Shown: positions 26,197 to 36,488, numbered from the stretch's first letter. The stretch is 64,000 bases of DNA from an uncultured Methanosarcinales archaeon (GCA_964354085.1 CAYGYA010000017.1:961-64960), one strand, 5' to 3'. The notes: generated by a model not told the origin, from the sequence alone. Numbers and translations are program-made.

Positions 26197-26724
26197 TTAA
26201 TGCAATAGTACTGATGAGTTTTCCTCAATATAGATGCTTTGGCTGTCTTCTGTTAAATCTTTTGGCATTGTTGTTTTTTTAGTTATTATTATTGTTGAGT
26301 TTTCTTCCAGCTTTATGATTAATACTGGCTTGCTTGTTTCAACCAGGTTGCGTGTTTCTATCGGCTGGTTTAATGCTTGATTGGAGTTAGTTGATTGTTC
26401 TATTTCATTTGCTAAAGAAGCATAGCCTGTTATGTGGCCGGGATTAGTGTAGACCATGCCTATGATTGTCATTATCAGGATTATTGCTGCTAATCCAGCG
26501 ATAACGATTCTTCTATCCTTGCTATAATCTCTATCCTCACTATTCTCTGGCTTAAGGATGGTTGTTTCATTTATTTGATTGCTAGCCACCCTTAGAGAGA
26601 GGGTGTAGTTGCTTTCATCCAGTTCTTTTATGTTTAGATTGCTGTCTGATCCGCCAGTGAACCTATCAATCTTGTAGGTTTTCTGTTCTATTTCCATTAT
26701 TTTTATTTCATTTTCAAGGTTCAT
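26197..26724 (-). CDS. Single-pass membrane protein, function unknown
   Basis: Central TM IVIAGLAAIILIMTIIGMVY. Translationally coupled to the upstream HTH gene (4-nt overlap at 26721-26724). Confidence 0.5.
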   Translation of the reverse strand: MNLENEIKIMEIEQKTYKIDRFTGGSDSNLNIKELDESNYTLSLRVASNQINETTILKPENSEDRDYSKDRRIVIAGLAAIILIMTIIGMVYTNPGHITGYASLANEIEQSTNSNQALNQPIETRNLVETSKPVLIIKLEENSTIIITKKTTMPKDLTEDSQSIYIEENSSVLLH

Positions 26725-26909
26725 TTTTTGGTCAGACCTAACTTTTTGACTATTTGGAGTGTTTGCTCTGCTTCCTTTATCTTGCGGAGAGCATTCTTTT
26801 CAAAATGAGAAACTGCTGCTTGGCTTATGTTGAGTTTTTTACTTACTTCTACCTGGATGAGCTTCTTGGCTCTTAATTCTAGAACCTGTATTTCTTTCTC
26901 AGTTAGCAA
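26721..26909 (-). CDS. Small HTH protein (sigma-70 region-4 / Tfx-like)
   Basis: LTEKEIQVLELRAKKLIQVEVSKKLNISQAAVSHFEKNALRKIKEA is a LuxR/sigma-r4-type HTH. Confidence 0.65.
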   Translation of the reverse strand: MLTEKEIQVLELRAKKLIQVEVSKKLNISQAAVSHFEKNALRKIKEAEQTLQIVKKLGLTKK

Positions 26910-27149
26910 TCTAAATAACCTTAATTAGTTATATAATTTGTTATTGTTATATTTAAATCTTTTGGTTTTGCAAGTAAAAATTAAACAATCATAGAAAAAC
27001 TAGAATAAGATAAACGATATGGTGCTAGCCAGATTGCTATGATTTATGTTTAAGAAAAAATAGTTATAGAAACAAAACAGAAAACTCTAACCATAATAAG
27101 AAGGACGCTGGTCTGGGAGAAAACCTTTGGTTTTCTAACAGCCAGAGGC

Positions 27150-29714
27150 CTATCCGTAATAACTTGGCCTCTGATCTTTCATTTCCTTGCCCCTTGCAGC
27201 CCTGAAGGTCTTTTCTAATTCTGCATAAGCATCTGCTACGTCCTTGGTTGCAGAGGGCCTGACTTTTTCAAGAGCTTTATCAAAGTGCTTCATCTTAATA
27301 GTCTTGGCTTTCATATCCTCACGCAAAGCAAATATAGCTGCTTCCCTTGCAATGCTCTCAATATCAGCTCCAACATAGCCTTCTGTCTTCTCAATGAGCT
27401 GGTTAATATCAACCTCCTTGTCAAGAGGCATTCCCTTAAGATGTACTGAAAAGATTTCCTTTCTGGTCTTCTTGTCAGGGACTGGGACTAGAATAATCCT
27501 GTCAAACCTTCCTGGCCTCATAAGGGCTGTATCCATTATATCAGGCCTGTTAGTTGCTCCGATAATCACAATATCGTTCAAATCCTGTAATCCATCCATT
27601 TCTGTAAGAAGTTGGTTTACAACTCTCTCAGTTACGTGGCCATCGTCCCCGCCGCCTAGTCCTCTCCTGGGAGCTATTGAGTCAATCTCATCAAAGAATA
27701 TGATTGTTGGGCTGGTCTGCCTTGCTTTTTCAAATACTTTCCTAACTGCCTTTTCGCTCTCACCAACCCATTTGCTAAGCATCTCTGGCCCTTTTACAAG
27801 TATAAAGTTGGCTTTAGATTCACTGGCAACTGCTTTTGCCAGTAATGTCTTTCCTGTTCCAGGAGCTCCGTAAAGCAACACTCCTTTTGGCGGCTTAACT
27901 CCCATTCTCTTGAAATCATTCTTGAAATTGAGAGGCCATTCAACAGCTTCAATAAGTTCCTGCTTCACACCGTCCAGTCCTCCTATGTCAGCCCATTTCA
28001 CATTAGGAATTTCGATCAATACTTCTCTGAGAGCACTTGGCCTTACAACCTTGAGTGCTTCCTGGAAATCCTGCTGAGTAAGAACCAGTTTCTCAAGTAT
28101 TTCCTGGGGGATTTGCTCGTTCTCCTTTATTTGCGTGTCTCCGATTACTCTCCTCAGGACTGTCATTGCTGCTTCTCTTGCCAGGCTTGCAAGGTCTGCT
28201 CCTACAAAGCCATAGGTTATGCTTGCTATTTTTGTGAGCAAATCTTCCCTGAGGGCATTTCCTAATTGTGCTTTTTCATCAGCACTCAGAATGGTAACAT
28301 CAATGCTTGTCATAAACTTCTGGAACTCTGATTGCCTTAGCTTGGCAACTTTCTCAAGGATTTTTTTCAGATTATCCTGTTCTGCCTTTTTTCCTTTAAT
28401 AAGCGCTTGGAACCCTTCATCATTGGAATTTGAGTTTTTGGATGATAGTAATATTAAATCCCTGTTAAGCTTGTTAATCTTTTGCTCTAAACCAGATATT
28501 GCCTGTGTAAGCTCATAGTTAGGCTCAATAGGCATGTTCCTGGTATGAATTTTCAGTATTGTAAGCCTTCCCTGTTCATTAGGCACTCCAATCTCTATCT
28601 CCCTGTCAAACCTTCCTGGTCGTCTGAGCGCAGGGTCTAGAACATTAGGAATATTAGTTGCTGCTATTACAATTACTTTTCCTCTTGCCTGCAATCCATC
28701 CATTATTGCAAGCAGCTGAGCAACCACTCTCTTCTCAACTTCTCCTTTGCTCTCTTCTCTTTTTGAAGCAATAGCATCAATCTCGTCAATGAATATTATT
28801 GAAGGAGCTGTCTTCTCTGCTTCTTCAAATTTCTTTCTCAGGTTTTCTTCTGACTGGCCATAATACTTGCTCATTATTTCTGGGCCATTAATAAGTATGA
28901 AATTTGCATGGGTCTCATTTGCAACTGCTTTTGCCAGCAATGTCTTTCCTGTTCCAGGAGCTCCGTGCAACAAAACACCTTTAGGAGCCTCTATTCCCAG
29001 CCTCTCAAATATTTCTGGGTGCTTTAATGGAAGCTCAATCATCTCCCTGACCTTTTTAAGCTCTTCATCCAAGCCTCCAATATCTTCATAAGTAATATCA
29101 ATTGGCTTTTCCTCTTTCACATCAACTGCTTTTGGGCTGAAAATAACTTCAGTATTCTCTGTGATAAGAACTGCCTGCTTAGGATCGCAGCTGACAACCA
29201 CGAATTTCAGGTCTCCAAGGCCCAAGCCCATTGTGGTCTCATTCATCATGCTGAACATTTCATCAAAGAAGGGGTGTCCTTGTCCTGTCATGGTGTTCCT
29301 TCTTCTCTGAGTCCCTCCCAGAGAAACCAAGTCACCTTTAACCACAGGCCTGCCTAGCAAGCCTTGCTTGAAAACCTCAGGATTAGCCCTTATCATCAGT
29401 CCTTCTCTTGCAGGAGCAATAGTCACAGTTTTAGCTTCCTTGACATCAGCTTTCCTTATAACCACAAAGTCGCCGATGCTGGTCTTGGCATTCCTCCTGA
29501 TAAGAGGGTCTGTTCTCATAATATTCAGGCCCATGTCGCCTGGAAGAGCCCTGTCAGCAATGCCAACAGTCTTTCTCTCACCCTGAATTTCAATAATGCT
29601 TCCTGGCCTTACATCAAGCTGCTTTAAGAAACCAGTATCTATCCTGACAATACCCTTATTCACATCTTCCTGGATGGCCTCAGCCACCTTTAGCTTAATA
29701 TCAGCCTTAGGCAT
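27150..29714 (-). CDS. cdc48: Cdc48/VCP/VAT double-ring AAA+ ATPase with ~95-aa coiled-coil insertion in D1 and a C-terminal YYG (HbYX-like) tail
   Basis: Two [15 protein letters not shown] Walker A motifs. Walker B motifs are [11 protein letters not shown] and [14 protein letters not shown] motifs are [11 protein letters not shown] and [12 protein letters not shown]-domain is [25 protein letters not shown]. Confidence 0.95.
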   Translation of the reverse strand: MPKADIKLKVAEAIQEDVNKGIVRIDTGFLKQLDVRPGSIIEIQGERKTVGIADRALPGDMGLNIMRTDPLIRRNAKTSIGDFVVIRKADVKEAKTVTIAPAREGLMIRANPEVFKQGLLGRPVVKGDLVSLGGTQRRRNTMTGQGHPFFDEMFSMMNETTMGLGLGDLKFVVVSCDPKQAVLITENTEVIFSPKAVDVKEEKPIDITYEDIGGLDEELKKVREMIELPLKHPEIFERLGIEAPKGVLLHGAPGTGKTLLAKAVANETHANFILINGPEIMSKYYGQSEENLRKKFEEAEKTAPSIIFIDEIDAIASKREESKGEVEKRVVAQLLAIMDGLQARGKVIVIAATNIPNVLDPALRRPGRFDREIEIGVPNEQGRLTILKIHTRNMPIEPNYELTQAISGLEQKINKLNRDLILLSSKNSNSNDEGFQALIKGKKAEQDNLKKILEKVAKLRQSEFQKFMTSIDVTILSADEKAQLGNALREDLLTKIASITYGFVGADLASLAREAAMTVLRRVIGDTQIKENEQIPQEILEKLVLTQQDFQEALKVVRPSALREVLIEIPNVKWADIGGLDGVKQELIEAVEWPLNFKNDFKRMGVKPPKGVLLYGAPGTGKTLLAKAVASESKANFILVKGPEMLSKWVGESEKAVRKVFEKARQTSPTIIFFDEIDSIAPRRGLGGGDDGHVTERVVNQLLTEMDGLQDLNDIVIIGATNRPDIMDTALMRPGRFDRIILVPVPDKKTRKEIFSVHLKGMPLDKEVDINQLIEKTEGYVGADIESIAREAAIFALREDMKAKTIKMKHFDKALEKVRPSATKDVADAYAELEKTFRAARGKEMKDQRPSYYG

Positions 29715-29778
29715 TTTAGAAAGGGGATAAAATTAAGAGGTTTATAAGCTTTTTGGACAGACGAGAGCCTTTCTAGCC

Positions 29779-31104
29779 TTATCTTCTCTGGCCTTGCGAG
29801 CTTCTATTCTCTCTATTCCTATTGCCATAATGGCCTTGCCCTTGGCTGTGCTGTGGCCTGGAATCTGATCTACTCTGCCCAGTCCTGTTCTGCCCAAACC
29901 TACTCTGGCCAGGCCTTCCTCCTCTGCCTTGCCCGCCTCTTCCTCCTTGGAATCCTCGCCTTTGCTGTCCAGTGTCTATTTGTACTCTCTCAAACTCAGG
30001 CAATGGCTCGCAGGTTATTTCCAAGGATCTATCGCTCTGCACAGCCCTGAAATTTTCATGGTCCCTGCTGGCTAGTATGCTTATGGCTTTTCCTTTATGG
30101 CCTGCCCTTGCAGTCCTTCCAATCCTGTGTATGTAATCCTTGCTGCTCTTTGGAATATCATAGTTATAGACGTGTGATACTCCTTTTATGTCAAGCCCTC
30201 TCGCAGCTACATCTGTGCAAACTAAAACATACATTTTCTCGCTGTTAAAATCATCCATGGTCCTGTTTCTCTTAGCCTGGGAGAATCCTCCGTGGATAGC
30301 CATTGCTTCAACACCAAGTTTCCTTAAGTTCTTGGCTACAAAGTCAGTGTTTCTCCTGGTGTTGCAGAAAACCATTACCAAGCCTGCTCTCTCGTTTTTC
30401 AGGAGGTGAACTAATAATGAGAATTTCTTGCTGTCAGGCGTATCATAAAAAACTTGTTTTAGTTTTGAAGGGTCTACGTATGATTCTGCAACCAGATTTA
30501 CAGGATTATTCATGTATTTTCTTGCCAGGCGCACTATCTCTTCATATATGGTTGCTGAGAACAATAGGGTCTGCCTTTTTTGCGGGCAATGACTTATTAT
30601 TTCTTGCACATCTTCTATGAATCCCATGTCAAGCATCCTGTCTGCCTCGTCAAGAACCAGGATTTTTATGTGGCTCAGGTTAATAGTGCCTCTGCCCACA
30701 TGGTCAAGTATCCTGCCAGGGGTTCCTGACACAACATCTGCTGTCCTGAGCTCATCTATCTGGTTATTAATAGACACTCCGCCGTACACTGAGGTTATTC
30801 TCAGGGGCTTGTGCCTCGCGAACATCCTTAATGCTTTTGTGTTCTGCTCAGCCAATTCCCTTGTCGGAGTTATGATGAGTGCCTGCAATCCACTTCCTTT
30901 TTCGCAGCTCTGGATTATGCCTGAGCCAAACACCAGGGTCTTTCCAGAGCCTGTTGCTGACTGGGCAATCACATCCCTTCCTGCGATTACAGAAGGTATT
31001 GCTTTCTCCTGAATCTCTGTCGGTGCTTCAAATCTTTGTTCTTCTATTACTCTTATTACTGGTTCTATAATGCCCAGTTTTCTAAACTGTTCCATTTTTT
31101 TCAT
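29779..31104 (-). CDS. DEAD-box RNA helicase with C-terminal RGG/Q-rich low-complexity tail
   Basis: Q motif FEAPTEIQ. AQSATGSGKT, PTRELA, VLDEADRMLDMGF, SAT, HRIGRTARAG. Tail is GFQGGRGGQGRGGRPGQSRFGQNRTGQSR. Confidence 0.95.
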   Translation of the reverse strand: MKKMEQFRKLGIIEPVIRVIEEQRFEAPTEIQEKAIPSVIAGRDVIAQSATGSGKTLVFGSGIIQSCEKGSGLQALIITPTRELAEQNTKALRMFARHKPLRITSVYGGVSINNQIDELRTADVVSGTPGRILDHVGRGTINLSHIKILVLDEADRMLDMGFIEDVQEIISHCPQKRQTLLFSATIYEEIVRLARKYMNNPVNLVAESYVDPSKLKQVFYDTPDSKKFSLLVHLLKNERAGLVMVFCNTRRNTDFVAKNLRKLGVEAMAIHGGFSQAKRNRTMDDFNSEKMYVLVCTDVAARGLDIKGVSHVYNYDIPKSSKDYIHRIGRTARAGHKGKAISILASRDHENFRAVQSDRSLEITCEPLPEFERVQIDTGQQRRGFQGGRGGQGRGGRPGQSRFGQNRTGQSRSDSRPQHSQGQGHYGNRNRENRSSQGQRR

Positions 31105-31416
31105 CTAAGAAAAAGCAAGCAAACACAGGGTTTGCGAGTACAGAAAATCTTTGATAAGATTCTGATGGTAAAGTAATGATTTAATATTTTTGAATATTAT
31201 CGCGCGTCTTACTTTATTGCTTTTTCCTATAAGCCTCGTATTTTATTTTTGTTATTTTATTAATTTGGTTATTATCTTATTATAACCTGTTTTTGCGCGT
31301 TTACTCATAGATTATAGGGGCTATTTATAAGCTTTGTGCAAATAAACTATAATTTCTATTGTATATATCCGCCATTTTACAGCTCAAAACGCAAGAGTTT
31401 TGTAGCTCAAAAGGGA

Positions 31417-33210
31417 TTATCCTATATATCCACCTTTCTGCAGATTCCATAGCTTCATGTAAAGTCCTTCTTGCTTGCAGAGCTGGTTGTGCGTGCCTCT
31501 TTGTATTACTCTGCCTTTGTCAAGCACTATTATTTGGTCTGCGCTCATTATTGTTGACAGCCTGTGGGCTATTATTATTGAAGTCCTGCCCTTCATCAAT
31601 TCTTTCAGGTCATTTTGTATCTCATGCTCTGTCTGCGAGTCAAGTGATGACGTTGCCTCATCCAGGACAAGGATTTTCTTGTTGGCAAGCAGGGCTCTTG
31701 CTATGGATACTCTTTGCTTTTCACCGCCAGACAGCTTAACTCCTCTTTCTCCCACTATGGTCTCTTCCTTGTTTGGGAACTGGCTTACTATCTTGTCAAG
31801 CTGGGCAAATTTCATTGCCTGGAATACTTCTTCCTTGCTTGCGCTCAGGTTTGAGAATGCTATGTTGTTATATATTGTGTCATCGAAGAGCACGCATTCC
31901 TGGGGCACAATGCTCAGTTCAGACCTTAATGATTCCTGCTTGAAATATTTTATGTTCCTGTCATCAACGAGTATTTCTCCTTCATCAAGGTCATACAGCC
32001 TGTAGAGCATCTTTATGATTGTTGACTTGCCTGCTCCTGACGGTCCTACGAGCGCTATCTTCTTATTCCTGGGAATCTTGAGTGTGAAGTTTGAGAGCAC
32101 TTTCCTCTTTTTGTAGCTGAAAGTGACATTCCTGAACTCCAAGGTTCCTTCTTTTATCTTAAGTTCCTTTGCATTTGGCGCATCCTTTACATCATTCTCT
32201 ATTTTTGCGTATTGGAACAGTGAGTCAAACTCGCTCATTGCCCTGTAATAGTTCTTTATCCCATGCACAAACCCGTAGAGATGATTAAATAGGTTCCCGT
32301 ACACAGTGTAAATGAATATTAGGGTTCCTGTTGTTATCTCCTTATTAAGGAAGCGCATGATTGGAAAATATATTATCAGCAGAGTGCCTATTCCCAGGAT
32401 TAATGAATGGCCAAGATCCATGCTCCTGTAATAATTCCAGTTCCTGACCATTGCGCTTTTCACTTTCTCGCTAATGCTGGCGAACTTGGCTTGGATAGTG
32501 TTTTCCTTTCCAAAGTATTTGATAGAGTCAATGTTCATGAATATGTCGCTAATATTTGCTTTTTCAAAGTCTTCTGCATCGTTAACTGCAAGAGTGGCTG
32601 ACTGCTGCACATGGTTTATTATCAGGCCATAGGCTATGAACACAATCACGACAATCATTACAATAATTGCAGATGCCTTGTCAAAGTAAAATAATGAGGC
32701 GCCTACAACAATAAGCTGGAATAATAATGGCGCAGCATTGAATATGAAGACATCAGTCATCCTTTCAATAGCGCTTCCTCCTCTAATAAGGCGGCTGATA
32801 AGCGAGCCTGTCTTGTGTGATGTGTGGAAGCTGTGTGACAGCCTTATGAGATGGTTGAAGAATTTTGTTTTTAAGTCAAGTATCAAGTTTCCTTCCAGCT
32901 TGTTAATAAAGTGCAGGTGAAGCCATTTTAATCCTGCGCGTATTATTGTTGTTGCCAGGAAAATAATAGCAATCATCTTAAGTAATCGGACAAAAGCGCC
33001 TCTTGTTATTTCCGCATTCACAAATTGTGTGGCATGGTCTATTATTACCTTGAAAAGATAGTCCTTAAACACAATTATTGATTCTAGTATGAATACGATT
33101 ATGAGAATCCCAATTATTATAGGAACATATTTCTTCAATAGCCCCAAGTATATTCTGGTGTCATACTTGAAGTCTATCTTTTTCTCTTTTTTGCCTTCTT
33201 GTTCTGCCAT
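31417..33210 (-). CDS. ABC exporter, fused permease plus ATPase (MsbA/type-I exporter family)
   Basis: 6-TM N-terminal half. GPSGAGKST, LSGGEKQRVSIARAL, ILVLDEATSSLD, and the H-loop IIAHRLST. Confidence 0.9.
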   Translation of the reverse strand: MAEQEGKKEKKIDFKYDTRIYLGLLKKYVPIIIGILIIVFILESIIVFKDYLFKVIIDHATQFVNAEITRGAFVRLLKMIAIIFLATTIIRAGLKWLHLHFINKLEGNLILDLKTKFFNHLIRLSHSFHTSHKTGSLISRLIRGGSAIERMTDVFIFNAAPLLFQLIVVGASLFYFDKASAIIVMIVVIVFIAYGLIINHVQQSATLAVNDAEDFEKANISDIFMNIDSIKYFGKENTIQAKFASISEKVKSAMVRNWNYYRSMDLGHSLILGIGTLLIIYFPIMRFLNKEITTGTLIFIYTVYGNLFNHLYGFVHGIKNYYRAMSEFDSLFQYAKIENDVKDAPNAKELKIKEGTLEFRNVTFSYKKRKVLSNFTLKIPRNKKIALVGPSGAGKSTIIKMLYRLYDLDEGEILVDDRNIKYFKQESLRSELSIVPQECVLFDDTIYNNIAFSNLSASKEEVFQAMKFAQLDKIVSQFPNKEETIVGERGVKLSGGEKQRVSIARALLANKKILVLDEATSSLDSQTEHEIQNDLKELMKGRTSIIIAHRLSTIMSADQIIVLDKGRVIQRGTHNQLCKQEGLYMKLWNLQKGGYIG

Positions 33211-33496
33211 TTATATCATCTCTACTCTGGTTTTTATATAGGTTTTGCTTGTTTTCTCGGAAAATTTTCGGCTTTCCGATATATTTTAATACTTAATAAC
33301 CCTTCTTATAAGCATAAATTGCCTAACATAACCCGAAGTTATGGTGATTCTACACCTATAAAACAGTATGAGCTTGATTCTGATGAGGATGAAATATCCG
33401 ATGAAGAGGAATAACCCTTCCCGTCACTAAAATTTATCCTCTGCAAACTGCTGGATTTATTCTACAAGAAAACAAAAAAAGTTTTTATTCTAAAAA

Positions 33497-33922
33497 TCAG
33501 GAAGCGCTCTCGGTTCTTCCCTTATCATCTACCTTTGGCAAGGGTATAGGCGGGGGCAGGTTCATCTTGTCGCTCAGGAATAATGCCTGGATGTTGCACT
33601 TGGCAAGCACATTGTTAAGCACCTTGGTCATCATTTCCTTCTCTATCTTTTTGTTTTTCTTCCAGTTCTTGATAGCCTCATCTGCCTTGGCTTTTTCTGT
33701 TAGATAAATCACTTCTCCTGTCAGGAGAATCTTTCCAATATCAGGCTCATAGGTCGAGGCAAACTCAAAGTCAAGCTTCAGGGCTTTCCTGTCAGAATTA
33801 ATGTTAAGCTTGGTCTCCTCAACATTCTTTATGCCTACATTGTTGTTGATGCTGACTTTGCCTTTAACAGGCGCGTTCTTTTCAACAAGCATTTTTGTAA
33901 AGCTGAATCCGATTACTGTCAT
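33497..33922 (-). CDS. Hypothetical protein (about 141 aa)
   Basis: Probable start at MTVIGFSF. Beta-rich N-terminal half and helical K-rich C-terminal half. No motif recognised with confidence. Confidence 0.4.
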   Translation of the reverse strand: MTVIGFSFTKMLVEKNAPVKGKVSINNNVGIKNVEETKLNINSDRKALKLDFEFASTYEPDIGKILLTGEVIYLTEKAKADEAIKNWKKNKKIEKEMMTKVLNNVLAKCNIQALFLSDKMNLPPPIPLPKVDDKGRTESAS

Positions 33923-34073
33923 GATAAAACACCTCACTTAATTTGTTTTTTATAATGTTTTTTTAAAGGAAGGATAAGGTGTTTTTAAAGGTTGTTGTTT
34001 TAGTCATTTTGATATTAAACAAGACTTTCAATCCACTATTTTTATAAATGCCTGCCTTTAACCAAGCATTATC

Positions 34074-35069
34074 GTGAGCAAAGTTTATCTTATCAGGGAC
34101 GCAAGGTCAATTAAGTATGAAGAAGTATTAGAGAGAGAGCTAAGAAAAAATTTCAAGAGCGGCATGTCTATTGCTGTCAAGCTTCACATGGGTGAGGACA
34201 AGGGCATGTTCAGCCCTGGGCTTACAAAAAGAGCAATAATGATTCTTATCAAGATTGGGTGCAAGCCTTTTCTTTTTGACACGCCAGTTACTTATCCTGG
34301 CAACAGGCATACTAAAGAAAGCTATGAAAAGACTGCTGCAATGCACGGGTTTTCCCAGGAAAAGATGGGCTGCCCTGTTATTATTTCTGACGAATACATT
34401 AATATTAAGACAGAGCATATGGATGTTGAGGTTTCAAAACACCTTGCACAGGCAGATGCCTTGCTTGTATTAACGCATTTCAAGGGCCATGGCTGCAGCG
34501 GAATAGGAGGAGCTGTTAAGAATCTTGCAATGGGTTGTGTTTCTCCAAAGTCAAAAGAAGACCAGCACAGCATGGGAACTCCAAAAGTCAATGATGAAGA
34601 CTGCACTGCCTGTGGCTTGTGCGCAGATATCTGCCCTTTCAAGGCAATCAAGGTTGAGGATAAGGCTGTTATTGACCCTGAAGAGTGCGGTGGCTGCACA
34701 ACCTGCGTCTATAACTGCCCTAATAGTTCTATATCCTCTGATGTCAGCTTTGACTTATTGCTTGCAGAAGCTGCGAGTGCTGCTCTCAAATCAATTAACA
34801 GCAAACCTGTTTTTTATATTAATGATGTAAGGAACATTACTGAGAACTGTGATTGTTTTAAGAATCCTGGCAAGCAGATAGCAAAGGATGTTGGCATTAT
34901 TCTTGGCGATGACATTGTTGCAGTTGAGATGGCAAGCACTGACGCCGTTATCAATCAGGAGAAGAGTAATGTTTTTGAGGAAACTCATCACCACGACCCT
35001 TATCTTCACATAAAAGAAGCTGGAAAGCTGGGGCTTGGCTCTGAAGAGTATGAGCTTGAAATAATTTAG
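34074..35069 (+). CDS. DUF362-like protein with embedded 2x[4Fe-4S] ferredoxin domain
   Basis: CTACGLCADICP and CGGCTTCVYNCP cluster motifs. N-terminal SIAVKLHMGE...PGLTKRAIMILIKIGCKPFLFDT resembles DUF362. Confidence 0.65.
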   Translation: MSKVYLIRDARSIKYEEVLERELRKNFKSGMSIAVKLHMGEDKGMFSPGLTKRAIMILIKIGCKPFLFDTPVTYPGNRHTKESYEKTAAMHGFSQEKMGCPVIISDEYINIKTEHMDVEVSKHLAQADALLVLTHFKGHGCSGIGGAVKNLAMGCVSPKSKEDQHSMGTPKVNDEDCTACGLCADICPFKAIKVEDKAVIDPEECGGCTTCVYNCPNSSISSDVSFDLLLAEAASAALKSINSKPVFYINDVRNITENCDCFKNPGKQIAKDVGIILGDDIVAVEMASTDAVINQEKSNVFEETHHHDPYLHIKEAGKLGLGSEEYELEII

Positions 35070-35075
35070 GGGTTT

Positions 35076-35369
35076 TTGATGGTTAAAAAAGCAAGGATTA
35101 ATTATTGGGTTGATGTTGGATTAGTAGCGTCTTTTATTATCTCACTAATCACAGGCATTGTCAAGTGGCCTGGTTTATTTAGGGCTTTAAGGATTAGTTA
35201 TGCGGGCCTTCCAATGAATCTGATTAGCAAAGCGCATGATATCAGTGGATTGGCTATGGGATTGCTAGTGCTGCTTCATATTATACTTCATTTCAGTTGG
35301 ATGATTAATATGACTAAGAATCTTTTCAAAAGAAAAGACCATCAAAAAGAGGTTGAAGATGAGAATTGA
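35076..35369 (+). CDS. Small 2-3 TM membrane protein, DUF4405-like (conserved His pair)
   Basis: INYWVDVGLVASFIISLITGIVKWPG ... AHDISGLAMGLLVLLHIILHFSWM. Confidence 0.5.
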   Translation: MMVKKARINYWVDVGLVASFIISLITGIVKWPGLFRALRISYAGLPMNLISKAHDISGLAMGLLVLLHIILHFSWMINMTKNLFKRKDHQKEVEDEN

Positions 35370-35607
35370 AATAATACTCATGTTAATTATTTTATGCTTG
35401 GCACTTGCAAGCTGTACTCCGGGAAGTAACACTGTGAATAATACAGAACAAGCTACTTCGCAGGTTGCTTCGCAAATAAGCAGCGATGTATTCTCAAACA
35501 ATGATGCTGCTGCATGTCCGCGAGGAGTTGAAAATGATCCTGCTCCTGGCGCTTGCTGGGAGTATGCTGACACTAATAATGATGGCTTGTGCGACTTAGG
35601 AGAATAA
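35353..35607 (+). CDS. Small secreted lipoprotein with C-terminal Cys/Asp-rich motif
   Basis: Lipobox-like LALASC after a hydrophobic signal. C-terminus is CPRGVENDPAPGACWEYADTNNDGLCDLGE. Overlaps the upstream gene by 17 nt. Confidence 0.55.
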   Translation: MKMRIEIILMLIILCLALASCTPGSNTVNNTEQATSQVASQISSDVFSNNDAAACPRGVENDPAPGACWEYADTNNDGLCDLGE

Positions 35608-35615
35608 TCTTTTAG

Positions 35616-36488
35616 TTAGCTGGTCCCTCTTATCTCAATCCACACCGGATAATGGTCACTCACATCTTCTGTGACATTCTTGTATATTCCGTACCTAACG
35701 TATTCTTCCTGCATGTCCTTGTTGATTATTATCCTGTCATAGGCGCAAATGCTGTTGGTTGCTGTGGTGTCATCATTGTCTTTTATAGCCCAGTACTCAT
35801 TCAGGAAAACAGTCTTGTTATCCTCGTCAAAATAGCCGCAGTCTGCGTTAAAGTCTCCAAGCCATATTCTGTTGCCGGCCCAGCTGCTTGTGTAGTAAAG
35901 CATTTCCAGGTTTTTGAGTTCGATAGTTGCGTTTTCAGGTTTTGTATGGATGTTGGTTGCCCTGAACTCATAGTTGCCAAAGAGAAAAGTTACTTCTACT
36001 GGCGGCCTTTCCCACCAGTCCATTTGATAAGGATTGTAATCAATTAAGCTGGTCATGTTAATTTCTTTCTTATAGATTATGCCGTACTGCTCTTTTGAGC
36101 TGCTCCTGCCTGCTCTGCTGCTAATGTTGCATTTATGCGTCTGGTTTAGCTGGCTGCACAATTCCCGGAATGCTTCTCCGCTCTTATCCCTTATTTCCTG
36201 GATAAATATTATGTCAGCTTTCGGTATCACGTCCAGCATTTTCTCTTTTACATTTGTCTTGTTCCATTTCGCAATGCCGAAAATCTGGACATTCCAGCTC
36301 ATTATTGTTATTGTATCATTGCTGTCAGGTATAAAAGAAGTGATTGCCTGGCTTGGCTGGTTAATTTTTTGTTTTGCCACTTCCTGCCTTATCAATAAAT
36401 AGTAGCTTACTATTACGATTATTATGAAAAGTAATATTAGAATTATCAGGATTATGTTTTTTTTGTTCATAGGCCTAATTAAGAACAT
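35616..36488 (-). CDS. Membrane-anchored extracellular endonuclease/exonuclease/phosphatase (DNase I-like) family nuclease
   Basis: N-terminal TM IILIILILLFIIIVIVSYYLLI. ITIMSWNVQIFG, IIFIQEIRD, LGDFNADCGY and SDHYPVWIEI are EEP-fold catalytic motifs. Confidence 0.8.
   Translation of the reverse strand: MFLIRPMNKKNIILIILILLFIIIVIVSYYLLIRQEVAKQKINQPSQAITSFIPDSNDTITIMSWNVQIFGIAKWNKTNVKEKMLDVIPKADIIFIQEIRDKSGEAFRELCSQLNQTHKCNISSRAGRSSSKEQYGIIYKKEINMTSLIDYNPYQMDWWERPPVEVTFLFGNYEFRATNIHTKPENATIELKNLEMLYYTSSWAGNRIWLGDFNADCGYFDEDNKTVFLNEYWAIKDNDDTTATNSICAYDRIIINKDMQEEYVRYGIYKNVTEDVSDHYPVWIEIRGTS

Noticed and set aside
27110-27145. Hairpin GAGAAAACC-ttt-GGTTTTCTaac just downstream of the Cdc48 stop, considered as a terminator
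   Set aside because: It is not followed by a T-tract on the transcribed (minus) strand. Archaeal termination does not need hairpins, so the evidence is insufficient.
33199-33414. 71-aa + strand ORF ending in an acidic DSDEDEISDEEE tail
   Set aside because: It starts inside the ABC-transporter start region on the opposite strand and lacks SD or TATA context. It is probably spurious, though a tiny acidic protein cannot be excluded.
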